64,000 bases of DNA from an uncultured Acidobacteriota bacterium (GCA_963822445.1 CAWGHO010000003.1:800001-864000); one strand, 5' to 3'. Positions 8,365-18,255 are shown, counted from the first letter of the stretch. Numbers and translations: made by a program. Notes: a model not told the origin generated them from the sequence alone.

Positions 8365-10353
8365 ATGGGGACTCCCATCGAGCAGCTTCAGGCCGTTCGC
8401 CGAATGCGCGACTACGCGGTCGCTCTAAGTTTGGCTCCGACCCCGCCCGGGCGTGAGGAAGTGGAAATACTAATCAGCACTCGCCAAGCGGCGGAACGCA
8501 CGGCTACGGATCGAACGCAGGCAGAGGCAAAAAAGGTGCTTGCGCAACGTGTCGTTGAACTGGAGGGCGAGATCAACTCCCTCGAAGCATCGACCGGCGG
8601 TGCACAGCCAGATACGTTCCTCGTGGAGTTGCGGGCTGAGCGCCATACACTCGTTGTGGAAACGAACACGGTGCAAAATACTATCCGCAACAAGCGAGGC
8701 GAGTACGAGGAGAAGCTGACCGACGATGAACTCAGCGCTCTCGATGCCGAGGAGAAAGAAGCCCTTGAGCGGATTGCTGCCGAGCGTCTCGCGCGGCATG
8801 ATGCGATGGTCACTTCGTGGCGCGACGGGACGGCTGATCGCGAACATCGGCGGCTTCGGCTGACGCAACTCCATGATCGGCTTCGAGAGAAGCTCAAGGC
8901 GGCCACCGAGCGTCTGGATGCCGTCCGCGACCCACTCGTAAGCAGAACCGTCGCTGGGTTTCTCGTGTGGGCTGGTTACAGTGCCGTGGCAGGCACCGGC
9001 GCGGCGGTGGCGTACCTCCTCAGCACATCAGAGCAGCAGAACAGCTTGAACACGTTGGCAACATCTGTCGTCGGGCTTGCTCGTGACCTCACCGACGGAA
9101 TGCCGCGTGCCATTGCACTGCCCATTGGCGTTCTCATGCTGTTGCTCACGCTGAGCTCCGTCGCTGGGGTCGTATGGGGCTGCGACAAGCTTATTCATTA
9201 TTTCGATAAGAGCTGGCGGAAGCAGAAGCGGCGTGAGAATGGTTTTTCCCGAACCGCGCTCGGCCTGCCATCGCCCGAGGTCGGACGTCGTGCCTACGTC
9301 CAGACCCTCGCGATACTGCCGTTCGTGTACATCGTGGGGCTCGTCGTCCTTGTTGTGACACGCCGTGCCGGCATCGGACCCTCCGGAGCGAGTTTCGGTG
9401 AGCTCGCCCCAGCGATCATCCATACTGCCATTGGGAGCGTCGTCACGCTTCTGGCAACTTCCGTGTTCGCTCTCTACGTAATCAAGGTGATCGAGCGCCG
9501 CGGCAGCGACAGCACGTCAACGTGGAATCGATCCTGGGAGATCGCCGTGCCCCCTCTGGCGATCATTGTCGCCTTTGGTGTTGCTATGGCGCGCGCACAG
9601 GCAGACCGCTACGTCTGGGGCGCGTTGGCGATGTTTATGGTCCTGAGCTCGATCGGGCTCGCCTATGGGGTTGTGTATCGGGGAATGTTCCGCGATGTGG
9701 ATGAGGTCGAGCGCACGTTGCGAGCGTGCGAGGGCGACATAGAAGAACTCGACACGCCCCCTGAACTCGAGGAGCCGACAAGGGTGGAACGAAACGATGT
9801 GAAAAAGCTGCAGAGCGGGTACCTTCGCCGGCGACAGACCATTCGGGAGGAGGCCCGCCGTCGGCGCCGTCGACGTGCGGATGTTAGATCCTACGTGTCG
9901 TCTGCTGGCTCCGATGAATCGTCTATCTTCGGGCGAATACTGGGTCGACGGGCAGAGAAGGGACCATCGGTCAATGATTGGCGCCTCATCGACGCAGAAC
10001 TCGCCGCCGAAGAGACGCAACGGCGCTCGGATATTGAGAGGCGGCTCCGCGAAATCGATGACGAGATTGCGGCCATCGTCGCGGCAGCGTCCGCAGTCGA
10101 AGCCCGAGCACGGCTCGCCGCAGTACGGGCGGAACATTCGGCCGCTCGGGTTGAACTGGCCACCGCCGACGAGCGAGGAGCGGCCGAAGCGGCGCGGCTG
10201 ATCGAAAGGCAGGCCATCGAACTCGAAGAGTTCCGCCGCGGATTCGAAATCGGCCTAACCGTGCGGCCCGCGTTCGAGATCATGCGCGATCGTGCGAAGA
10301 CCACCGCGGCACAAGCGACGCGATACTGGCGTAAGCCGGAGGTGCAGGTATGA
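8365..10353 (+). CDS. Uncharacterised coiled-coil / multi-pass membrane protein (662 aa)
   Basis: Charged helical N- and C-terminal thirds flank about 6 hydrophobic segments. Stop overlaps the next start (ATGA). Confidence 0.8.
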   Translation: MGTPIEQLQAVRRMRDYAVALSLAPTPPGREEVEILISTRQAAERTATDRTQAEAKKVLAQRVVELEGEINSLEASTGGAQPDTFLVELRAERHTLVVETNTVQNTIRNKRGEYEEKLTDDELSALDAEEKEALERIAAERLARHDAMVTSWRDGTADREHRRLRLTQLHDRLREKLKAATERLDAVRDPLVSRTVAGFLVWAGYSAVAGTGAAVAYLLSTSEQQNSLNTLATSVVGLARDLTDGMPRAIALPIGVLMLLLTLSSVAGVVWGCDKLIHYFDKSWRKQKRRENGFSRTALGLPSPEVGRRAYVQTLAILPFVYIVGLVVLVVTRRAGIGPSGASFGELAPAIIHTAIGSVVTLLATSVFALYVIKVIERRGSDSTSTWNRSWEIAVPPLAIIVAFGVAMARAQADRYVWGALAMFMVLSSIGLAYGVVYRGMFRDVDEVERTLRACEGDIEELDTPPELEEPTRVERNDVKKLQSGYLRRRQTIREEARRRRRRRADVRSYVSSAGSDESSIFGRILGRRAEKGPSVNDWRLIDAELAAEETQRRSDIERRLREIDDEIAAIVAAASAVEARARLAAVRAEHSAARVELATADERGAAEAARLIERQAIELEEFRRGFEIGLTVRPAFEIMRDRAKTTAAQATRYWRKPEVQV

Positions 10354-11630
10354 GTGACGGACCAGTCGGCAGTGATGGCAATGCCCCTTTTGCCTCATGG
10401 CCGGGACTACGGCTCAGGACGAGTGTCGAGCCTACACCGGTAACGGAGACTCAATCGACGCCTGCCCCACCGGCCGCGCAAGAATTCCGGTTCGTGCTCG
10501 AATCCAAACTTATCGCTGAGCAGCCGCCACAAACGTCTGACGGCAGCGAGCCCGACGGGCTCCCCCCGAGCCGGTACGAGCACGGGTTGTGGCGTGCTGG
10601 TTGGACGGATGGACGGCTCGGCGAGACACCTGATCCTCAGCTTCAACTGGTCGCGTCACAAGGTGCTTTGACGCGCGCCGTCCGGACGGCCGACGCGAAA
10701 AGAAAGGTGGCCGACGCCGAGGCCGAGGAGAAGCACCAGAAGTTCCTCGCTGACGAGCGGAAAAAAGAATGGGATGACATCGCCGGAGAGTACGAACGCG
10801 TGGTCAGCGATCGAAGGCAGAATGCTGTGGCGTACTCGAAAACACTAGCGTGGGTGTATCTAATTTTTGGGGTCCTCATTTTCCTCGCCGACATGCCTCT
10901 CTCATTCAACGTTGCTCCGGCCTTGGGCGTGGAACTCCGGCGCGAGCCGACGGAGGGCGGCGATGCCGTTTCGGCCGACAACCTGACGCATCTCATTCAG
11001 AACTTCGGTGCTCTGTGGGAGCCCTTCGCGGTGGCTGTTGGCATCGCAGCTCTAACGATTGCATTCAAGATCGTGATCGACAAGCTTCACAGACCTTTCA
11101 GATTTGGCACGTGGTGGTCGAAGTCACTCCTGTTCGCATTCATGGCAGCTACCGTTGGCGCACTCGTTTGGGCTTTCGTACTGATCGGCCAAGCACGAGC
11201 GTCGTATGACGGGTCGGGTCCTCCCGTAAACAGCGCGGCGTTGTTCACGATGCTAGCGATCATGTTTCCGGTTGTTTGCGGGTATTGCTTCTCGATGGCG
11301 CGAGCGGCGTGGCAGAACGTCGCACACTACGATCGCGTCGCGAAGGAGCATGGAACCGCCTGGTCGCGCCACATTGAGACGCATCTCGCGTATCAACGAG
11401 CGGCCGCAAATACTACCAGCGCACGTGAAGAACTGAAGGCGGTGGAGAATGACCGCGTGGAGGAGGATTTTCTCCGGAATCTTTATCTTCACGGTTTTCA
11501 GCGCGGCCGGTGTGTACCCGAGACGCTCGCGCAGGATGCGTCGCTGTATGATCGCTGCGAATCGATGCTGCATCACTGGCTTGCGCAGTTATCGCAGACG
11601 AATCGCGAGGCGGCGGAAAGAGAAGCGTGA
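10350..11630 (+). CDS. Uncharacterised coiled-coil / 4-TM membrane protein (426 aa)
   Basis: Pro-rich N-terminus, coiled coil, four hydrophobic helices, coiled coil. Translationally coupled on both sides. Confidence 0.8.
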   Translation: MSDGPVGSDGNAPFASWPGLRLRTSVEPTPVTETQSTPAPPAAQEFRFVLESKLIAEQPPQTSDGSEPDGLPPSRYEHGLWRAGWTDGRLGETPDPQLQLVASQGALTRAVRTADAKRKVADAEAEEKHQKFLADERKKEWDDIAGEYERVVSDRRQNAVAYSKTLAWVYLIFGVLIFLADMPLSFNVAPALGVELRREPTEGGDAVSADNLTHLIQNFGALWEPFAVAVGIAALTIAFKIVIDKLHRPFRFGTWWSKSLLFAFMAATVGALVWAFVLIGQARASYDGSGPPVNSAALFTMLAIMFPVVCGYCFSMARAAWQNVAHYDRVAKEHGTAWSRHIETHLAYQRAAANTTSAREELKAVENDRVEEDFLRNLYLHGFQRGRCVPETLAQDASLYDRCESMLHHWLAQLSQTNREAAEREA

Positions 11631-12442
11631 TGCCGCGGTCGAGGATGGTCATGGCGGTAATCGTCGCTAGTCTGTTGGCGTTTGCGACGTGCCGTGCGGA
11701 CCAGAAGCCGAAGCCACCGAAGCCGCCTCTTATCCTGGTGTTTGCCGATGTTACTGACAGCCTGAGGGGTGATGAGCTAACGTCGGTACACAGCGCTATT
11801 TATGACATTTTCGACCGTGCACCCGAGAAAGCGACGGTGGTGGTGTACCCGGTCGCGCCGGTGATGGCCTACGTGGCTAAACTGTCCAGAGTTGACATCC
11901 CGCTTCGGTCAGATGACTCAGCCACGACGTGGAAGAAACACGCTGATGTTCGTGCGAGACACGCGAAGGAGACAGTCGAGAAGCTCGTAACGGCCGGCAG
12001 AGCGCTACAACCGAGCGTCCCATCCAGCTGCCTCACGGCCGCGTTGCTCCGAGCTGCCGATGACATTGCAGGCGTGAAAGACCGGCCTGTTGACATCGTT
12101 TTCATAAGCGACATGGTCGAAGAATGCGACAGGTCTATCGGCGGACGGAGGGTAATGCTTAACAGTCCGCGCGTGGACGCTGACATCGCCGCTGCGAAGT
12201 CGTTGGACAATCCATATGCGGATCTTCGCGGTGCTGACGTCTACTTCATCTACCCGGCAGGCTCCATCTCGGGGCATGAAATCGGAAGGCGACGCGCTCA
12301 TCCGGAACAGCTAAAGGCCTTCTGGCGTGCGGTTCTTTCTCATTGCAATGTGAATCGCACATCTTTTTTTGCAGACGCATCGATGTTCCACACGGAGTGG
12401 AAGAGCGCAAGAGCGGTCGCTAGCGACGTGCAAAAGCGATGA
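11627..12442 (+). CDS. Exported (possible lipoprotein) vWA-like domain protein
   Basis: Signal peptide ending LAFATC, Pro/Lys linker, LILVFADVTDS (MIDAS-like DxTxS) and IVFISDMVE. Confidence 0.65.
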   Translation: MMPRSRMVMAVIVASLLAFATCRADQKPKPPKPPLILVFADVTDSLRGDELTSVHSAIYDIFDRAPEKATVVVYPVAPVMAYVAKLSRVDIPLRSDDSATTWKKHADVRARHAKETVEKLVTAGRALQPSVPSSCLTAALLRAADDIAGVKDRPVDIVFISDMVEECDRSIGGRRVMLNSPRVDADIAAAKSLDNPYADLRGADVYFIYPAGSISGHEIGRRRAHPEQLKAFWRAVLSHCNVNRTSFFADASMFHTEWKSARAVASDVQKR

Positions 12443-12491
12443 GTTTTAGTGCGGTTTGTGGGATGGTCGGCTGGTGTTACGTGTAGTCCCG

Positions 12492-12545
12492 CTGCAGCCG
12501 ACGCGCCTCCGGCGCGCGGCTGAGCGGCCTTCCCGGCCGCCCGTC
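12492..12545. repeat. REP-like GC-rich palindromes at the right edge of the island
   Basis: cagccgacgcgcctccggcgcgcggctg and gcggccttcccggccgc hairpins. Confidence 0.4.
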
Positions 12546-12573
12546 CCTTCCACCCCCGCTGCCCGCCGGCATA

Positions 12574-12579
12574 TATCCT
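12574..12579 (+). promoter_or_regulatory. -10 box of a probable leaderless arsC transcript
   Basis: TATCCT 6 nt before ATG 12586, with no SD. Confidence 0.5.
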
Positions 12580-12585
12580 CCCCCC

Positions 12586-12930
12586 ATGCCCGACCTCTTC
12601 CTCCACAACCCCCGCTGCAGCAAAAGCCGCGCGGCGCTCGAGATTGTCCGCGACGCCGGCGTCGAGCTGCCGGTCCGCGAGTACCTCAACGAACCGCTCA
12701 CCATTGAAGAGTTGAGAGCGATCGTGCAGCTTCTCGGCGTGCGGCCGATCGACATCGTGCGGCGCGGGGAGCCGCAGTACGCCGCGCTCGGGCTCAACGA
12801 CGAGACGCCGGACGACGACGTGCTGCGGGCGATGGCCGAGCATCCCATCCTCATCGAGCGGCCCATCCTCGTCCGCGGCGGGCGGGCGGTGGTGGGGCGG
12901 CCGCCGGAGACCGTGCGCGCGCTTCTCTAA
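12586..12930 (+). CDS. arsC: Arsenate reductase (glutaredoxin-type, ArsC family)
   Basis: HNPRCSKSR active site, HPILIERPI, GRPPE. Confidence 0.92.
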   Translation: MPDLFLHNPRCSKSRAALEIVRDAGVELPVREYLNEPLTIEELRAIVQLLGVRPIDIVRRGEPQYAALGLNDETPDDDVLRAMAEHPILIERPILVRGGRAVVGRPPETVRALL

Positions 12931-12934
12931 CCAG

Positions 12935-13519
12935 TCACTCCACGCCCAGGTAGTGAAAGTGCGCCTCTCCCGTCGATGGTTCGTAGAGCAGCCACGCCGT
13001 GTTCCAGGCGAGATGGTCGTCGTAAGGGTCGGCCCTGTAGCACTCCACTCGAGGACTGAACGAAGGGGTCCACCACTCTGGCGCGTCGTCTTTCCACCGG
13101 AGCCACTCCTGCCGGCAAAGGTCGGCGGAGGAGCGCTTGAAGCGAGTCCTGACGATGGCGGCGATGGCCGGCGGCGGAGCGTGGAAGCTCAGGAACTGTT
13201 CGTGGGAATCGGTCGAGCTCTCTGACCGGCTTCGAATCTTCGTAACCTCGGCGCCTGCAGGAACGCCGAAGGCGTCTTCGAACGCCACGCGCGAAGTCGT
13301 TTCGTGCGGCCAGATGCCCCAGAAGAGCCACCCGGCGATAAACACCATCGCGCCGATCGCGACGACGATACCGACTGCTCCGATGAGGCCACCGGAGACC
13401 ATGCCGACCTTCGAGCGCCGCGCGACCGCTGCGAGGAAAATCGCGCCACCGATGGCACCGACCGCTAATGCGATCACCGCGAGAATGGCCCAGAGAAACA
13501 GCACGCAGCCGATGCCCAC
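12935..13519 (-). CDS. Hypothetical membrane-anchored protein
   Basis: Two N-terminal TM helices followed by a soluble domain. TACGCT 6 nt before the GTG. Confidence 0.65.
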   Translation of the reverse strand: MGIGCVLFLWAILAVIALAVGAIGGAIFLAAVARRSKVGMVSGGLIGAVGIVVAIGAMVFIAGWLFWGIWPHETTSRVAFEDAFGVPAGAEVTKIRSRSESSTDSHEQFLSFHAPPPAIAAIVRTRFKRSSADLCRQEWLRWKDDAPEWWTPSFSPRVECYRADPYDDHLAWNTAWLLYEPSTGEAHFHYLGVE

Positions 13520-13570
13520 GCGAGCAGCGTAACTGCATTCGTTCTCCGGCGTCCTCCGTATAGACCGTGC

Positions 13571-15013
13571 ATGACGCCACGGTTATCGCGATTCATCCTC
13601 GCAGTGTTGTTGTGCACCGCCGCACAGGCCACGCAACCCGCTGCCGGCACACTCGTTCTCGAGCCGTATCCGTTCCGGACGTTCGATGGAAATGAGATCC
13701 CCGCGGAGCTCGGGAAACTCTGGGTTCGCGAGAACCGCAACGGTTCCTCGAATCGCCTCATTCAACTCGCGTTCGTCCGCCTGAAAAGCACCGCCGAGCG
13801 TCCCGGTGCACCGATCGTGTTTCTGGCGGGCGGCCCTGGCGCGCCGGGCATCGGGATGGGACGCGTTCCCGTTTACTTCCGGCTGTTTCAACAGCTCCGT
13901 GCCGTCTCCGACGTCATTCTTCTCGACCAGCGCGGCCTCGGCATGTCCTCGCCCGCGCTGGATTGTCCGGCCACGCCGGTTCCTGCCGATGCCTTCGCCA
14001 GTTCCGCGAACTGGCTGAGCGTCATCACCAGCAAGTCGCGTTCGTGCGCGGATCACTGGCGCGCGAAGGGAGTCGACGTATCGGCCTATACCAACGACGC
14101 CAGCGCCGATGACCTGAACGATCTCCGCCAGGCCCTCGGCGCGGAGCGCATCAGTCTGATCGCCCACTCGTACGGAACTCTGCTCGCGCAGGCCACAGTG
14201 CGGCGGCACGGCAAGCATCTCGATCGCGTCGTGTTCGCCGCGACGGAAGGGCCGGACAACCTCCTGGCGCTGCCGAGCGTCTGGGATGCGCTCATCAGGA
14301 AGCTGTCGTATCTCGCGGGTGAAGATCTGGAAGCGCTTCTCCGGCGGGTCCTGGACAAGCTCGAGCGACAGCCGGTGACGCTGGTCCTCCCGGACACGGA
14401 AACGAAAATCACCGTCGGCAGGATCGGCCTGCAATGGCTGCTGCGTCACGGCATGACCGACGCACGGAACTACGCGCGGATTCCGGCGTTGCTCAACACG
14501 ATCGATCAGGGCGACTACTCGCTGCTGACGCGCCTGATCGCGCCGCTCCATCGCGAGCTCCAGGGCCGATCGCCGATGGCCAACGCGGTGGACTGCTCGA
14601 TCGGCTGGTCTGCGACGCGATCCGCCGCGGCGGCGAAAGAAACGCCGGGCGCGTTGTTCAGCAACGTGAATCTGCAGCGGACGACCGACATCTGCAGAGC
14701 GGTGGGCGTGAAGGTGAACGATCCGGCGTTGCAGCCGCGTTTGTTCAGTCTGATTCCGGCGCTGTTCATCAGCGGCACGCTCGACGCCAATACGCCGCCC
14801 TTTCAGGCCGAGGAGGTGCGGTGGGGCTTTCCGGCGAGCACGCATCTGATCGTCGAGAACGGCGGTCACGAAACGCTGCCCAGCGCGGACGTGCAGGCGG
14901 TCGTCGTCGATTTCTTCAAGGGTGTGGACGTGAAGGGACGCGCGGTGTCGTTCGAGCCTCCGAAGTATCTGTCGATCGAAGAAGCGAAGGCGGCGGCGAC
15001 GCGGCGACGCTAA
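13571..15013 (+). CDS. Secreted alpha/beta hydrolase (TAP-like peptidase)
   Basis: Signal peptide, GGPG oxyanion motif, DQRGLG, AHSYG nucleophile, D..TP and GGH. Confidence 0.88.
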   Translation: MTPRLSRFILAVLLCTAAQATQPAAGTLVLEPYPFRTFDGNEIPAELGKLWVRENRNGSSNRLIQLAFVRLKSTAERPGAPIVFLAGGPGAPGIGMGRVPVYFRLFQQLRAVSDVILLDQRGLGMSSPALDCPATPVPADAFASSANWLSVITSKSRSCADHWRAKGVDVSAYTNDASADDLNDLRQALGAERISLIAHSYGTLLAQATVRRHGKHLDRVVFAATEGPDNLLALPSVWDALIRKLSYLAGEDLEALLRRVLDKLERQPVTLVLPDTETKITVGRIGLQWLLRHGMTDARNYARIPALLNTIDQGDYSLLTRLIAPLHRELQGRSPMANAVDCSIGWSATRSAAAAKETPGALFSNVNLQRTTDICRAVGVKVNDPALQPRLFSLIPALFISGTLDANTPPFQAEEVRWGFPASTHLIVENGGHETLPSADVQAVVVDFFKGVDVKGRAVSFEPPKYLSIEEAKAAATRRR

Positions 15014-15471
15014 GTGTTCTCCATCGCTTTCAGTCGCCGCTCCATCTCTTCCGGCGCCACGTCTTCGATGTGGGTGGCGATCATCCAGTTGTGGCCGAAG
15101 GGGTCCGTGATCGCGGCCATGCGGTCGCCGTAGAACTCGTCCGTGGGCGGGCGTTTCTCGACGGCGCCTCCGGCGATGGCGGCGGCGAAGCGCGCGTCGA
15201 CGTCTTCGATGTAGATCATGATTCCGACAGGCGTTCCGCCGACGGTCTTCGGACCGACATGACCCTATTCGGGATGCTCGTCGGCAAGAAAGATGTGGGA
15301 GTCGCCGATCTTGATCTCCGCATGGCCGATCTTTCCTCCGGGTCCGGGCATGCGCATGAGCTCCGTCGCGCCGAAGGCCTTCTTGTAGAACTCGATCGCT
15401 TCCGCCGCTCCGTCGACAACGAGGTACGGGATGACGCTGTGATACCCCGCGGGGATGTGATGAACAGGCAT
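15010..15471 (-). pseudogene. VOC/PhnB family protein with an in-frame amber stop at 15265-15267
   Basis: SD AGGAGG before ATG 15471. Reads ...FLADEHPE*GHVGPKTVGGTPVGIMIYIEDVD...DPFGHNW in one frame. Confidence 0.8.
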
Positions 15472-15500
15472 GCGTTGTCCTCCTATTACGTGCGGTAAGC

Positions 15501-16313
15501 CTATCGCGAGGGATCGGAGCGCAGACCACCGACGAACTCCGCGAGCGCGTCCTGCCATGGGCGCATGGGCGTCGAGGGCAGCATCGGCGTCCAGCGCGGC
15601 CGCCTGGCGAGATGGTTCATCGACGCTTCGGTGCGAGGCTCGATGAGTGTCTCGCCATCCACGCCGACCAGGCGCGCCGCTTCCCTGGCGAAGGTCTCGC
15701 GCGAGCAAACCCCGTCGTTGACGATGTGATGGACGCCGAACGCTCGTTGCTGCACGAGATCGAGGGTGCGGGTGACGAGGTCTTCGACGAAGGTCGTGCT
15801 GGCGAACGTGTCGGCGATGGCCTGGACCCGCTCGCCGCGGGCGAGCTTTGCGGCGCAGGTGCTGAGGAAGCTTTGCTTGCCGTCGCCATACACCCAGGAC
15901 GTGCGCGCGATGATCGCGCGCTCGCTGGCGTCGAGGACCGCGCGTTCGCCGCGCAGCTTGGTCCGGCCATAGACGTTGATCGGGCGGGCCAGGTCGTTCG
16001 TCGTGTACGGGACGTCAGCCTCGCCGTCGAAGACGTAGTTGGTGCTGAAGTGGACGATGGTTGCGCCGGTTTGCGCCAGGTTCCGCGGACCCTCGACATT
16101 CACCCGCTCCGCGAGCGCGGGATCGGCTTCGCAGTCATCGACGCCGATGACGGCACAGTTGAAGATGATGTCGGCACGGAGGCGACGCACGGCATCCGCG
16201 TCGGTGATGTCCAGGTCGCGATGCGTGAGCGCGATCGCGTCGGGCAGCGCCCGGGCGAGGTGGAAGCCGACGAGGCCGGATGCGCCGGTGATCATGTGCG
16301 TCGCGGTTTTCAT
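15501..16313 (-). CDS. rfbD: dTDP-4-dehydrorhamnose reductase family SDR
   Basis: ITGASGLVG, FSTNYVFDG, PINVYGRTKL, RTSWVY. Confidence 0.88.
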   Translation of the reverse strand: MKTATHMITGASGLVGFHLARALPDAIALTHRDLDITDADAVRRLRADIIFNCAVIGVDDCEADPALAERVNVEGPRNLAQTGATIVHFSTNYVFDGEADVPYTTNDLARPINVYGRTKLRGERAVLDASERAIIARTSWVYGDGKQSFLSTCAAKLARGERVQAIADTFASTTFVEDLVTRTLDLVQQRAFGVHHIVNDGVCSRETFAREAARLVGVDGETLIEPRTEASMNHLARRPRWTPMLPSTPMRPWQDALAEFVGGLRSDPSR

Positions 16314-16330
16314 CGGCGGTGCCCGTGTTG

Positions 16331-16440
16331 AATTGAAAATTGAAAATTGAAAATTGAAAATTGAAAACGATAGGTGCGGGCGAACCGGAGCGGGGGCCTC
16401 CGACTCTCAATTTTCAATTTTCAATTTTCAATTTTCAATT
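16331..16440. repeat. Inverted tandem heptamer arrays (TTGAAAA)5 ... (TTTTCAA)4+1
   Basis: Left array 16333-16367, right array 16404-16438, with a ~36-nt GC-rich spacer containing a small hairpin. Confidence 0.95.
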
Positions 16441-16480
16441 CCGATCCAGCGATACAGTACTCGTCCAAGGAGGCTCCAAC

Positions 16481-17005
16481 ATGCTCGGTCCCATCCTCAT
16501 CGGCGCCGGTACCGTGGTCGCCGGCATCCTCGGATACGCGGCAACCCGTCCGGATCAGTTTCGCGTGGAGCGTTCGACGCGCATCGATGCGCCGCCGGAC
16601 AAGGTGTTCGCGACGATCAGCGACTTTCATCAGTGGGCATCGTGGTCGCCGTGGGAGGAGATCGATCCCAACATGAACCGCACCTACAGCGGCGCGACCA
16701 GCGGCAAAGGCGCCGTTTACGAATGGCGCGGCAACAAGAAGGTCGGGGAAGGGCGGATGGAGATCACCACGGCCACGCCGTCGCAGCTGGTGGTCATCAA
16801 GCTCGATTTCCTCAAGCCCTTCGAGACGCACAACACCGTCGAGCTCACCCTGACCCCCAGCGGCAACGGCACGAACGTGACCTGGGCGATGTCCGGAGCG
16901 AGTCCGTTCTTCATGAAGGTCATGTGTGTGTTCGTGAGCATGGACAAGATGGTAGGGAAGGATTTCGAGAAAGGGCTGGCCAGGCTCAAGGCGCACGTCG
17001 AGTAG
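16481..17005 (+). CDS. SRPBCC/START-like (polyketide cyclase) family protein
   Basis: SD AAGGAGG. FRVERSTRIDAPP..WSPW..GKGAVYEWRGN..GKDFEKGLARLK. Confidence 0.88.
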   Translation: MLGPILIGAGTVVAGILGYAATRPDQFRVERSTRIDAPPDKVFATISDFHQWASWSPWEEIDPNMNRTYSGATSGKGAVYEWRGNKKVGEGRMEITTATPSQLVVIKLDFLKPFETHNTVELTLTPSGNGTNVTWAMSGASPFFMKVMCVFVSMDKMVGKDFEKGLARLKAHVE

Positions 17006-17013
17006 CTCCATCG

Positions 17014-18174
17014 ATGCTCCCCATCGAATATCTCGATGTCTTTGCGGCGGGCATCTATCTGCTCTTCGGCGTCATTCATTTCGATCTCTGGCGGAAGCGC
17101 CGCGATCGGGCCAGCCATCTCTGGCTGGCCGCGGCGAGCGGCGGGGCGCTGCTGGTCGATCTCACCGGGATGAAGTTGCGAGGGACGGGCGTCGCCGGCG
17201 GCGCGTTGCCCTTCCTCAATCTCCTGGGCGTGGCACTCGTCACGGCGAGCCTTTTCGAGCTGGTGATCTCGCTCGGGAACGGGCGATCGAGCATGGCCAT
17301 GCGCGCGGTGTACGCGTTCATGGGCGTGCTCATCCCGGTGGTCGCCATCGGCAAGGTGCAGCCGTTGTTTTCGATCTTCTACCTGACCTCGATGGTGGTC
17401 CTGCTCTGGGCGATGGTCCATGCGCTGCGCGCGGGGCAGGCGGGAGATCCGGAGTCGCGCACGATCGCCGCGGGGCTGATCATCCTCATCCTCTGTCTGG
17501 TCGTGGACCTTCTCGGCAATCTCCGGGTCATCGGCCAGGTACCCGGCCTGCCCATTCTCGGATTCACGGCGCTGTTCGTGGTTTCAGCGAGTGCGCTCAA
17601 CACGCGCTACGAGCGCGAACATCGCGAGCTCGTGGCGCTGCGCGGCGATCTCGAGCAACGCGTCTCCGATCGCACGCGCGAGCTGGAGGTCGCGAATCAA
17701 CGGCTGGCCGAGGCGTCGCGGACGGATGCTCTGACGTCGCTGCCGAACCGGCGCGGCTTCCTGGAAATGAGCGAGCTGGAGCTGAAGCGGTGCGCGCGCA
17801 ATGCCGAGGCGTGCAGCGTGGTGATGATCGACCTCGATCACTTCAAGGAGATCAACGATGAACACGGACATGCCGCCGGCGACCTGCTGCTGCAATCGGC
17901 GGCGGAGCGGCTGCGATCGATGCTGCGCGATGCCGATCTCGTCGCGCGCTGGGGCGGCGAGGAGTTCATCCTCCTGCTGCCCGATACCAGGCGCGATGGC
18001 GCGGTAGCAGTCGCGGAGAAGATCCGCGGCGCGTTCGAGCATGGAGAGAAGGTCACGGCTTCGTTCGGAGTCGCGGAGCACGGTCCGAACATGTCCCGCG
18101 AGGCGACCATCGCCGCGGCCGATGAGGCGTTGTACCGGGCGAAGCGGGAGGGGCGGAACCGGGTGGTGGGTTGA
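17014..18174 (+). CDS. Membrane-bound diguanylate cyclase
   Basis: About 7 TM helices, coiled coil, DALTSLPNRR, RDAD I-site and WGGEEF. Confidence 0.92.
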   Translation: MLPIEYLDVFAAGIYLLFGVIHFDLWRKRRDRASHLWLAAASGGALLVDLTGMKLRGTGVAGGALPFLNLLGVALVTASLFELVISLGNGRSSMAMRAVYAFMGVLIPVVAIGKVQPLFSIFYLTSMVVLLWAMVHALRAGQAGDPESRTIAAGLIILILCLVVDLLGNLRVIGQVPGLPILGFTALFVVSASALNTRYEREHRELVALRGDLEQRVSDRTRELEVANQRLAEASRTDALTSLPNRRGFLEMSELELKRCARNAEACSVVMIDLDHFKEINDEHGHAAGDLLLQSAAERLRSMLRDADLVARWGGEEFILLLPDTRRDGAVAVAEKIRGAFEHGEKVTASFGVAEHGPNMSREATIAAADEALYRAKREGRNRVVG

Positions 18175-18255
18175 GGCTCGATTGACCGGCGGCCTCCGCC
18201 GAGGTACAACGTCGGGCATCCAATAATCCACAAATCAGCAGTTCCCGGAGGAACC

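Noticed and set aside
1-12500. Integrase, att site or tRNA anchor for the island
   Set aside because: None is visible; the left end lies outside the window, so mobility cannot be shown.
16354-17013. N-terminal extension of the GGDEF ORF through the heptamer repeats
   Set aside because: It overlaps the SRPBCC gene, which has its own SD; the FQFSIFN text is just translated repeat.
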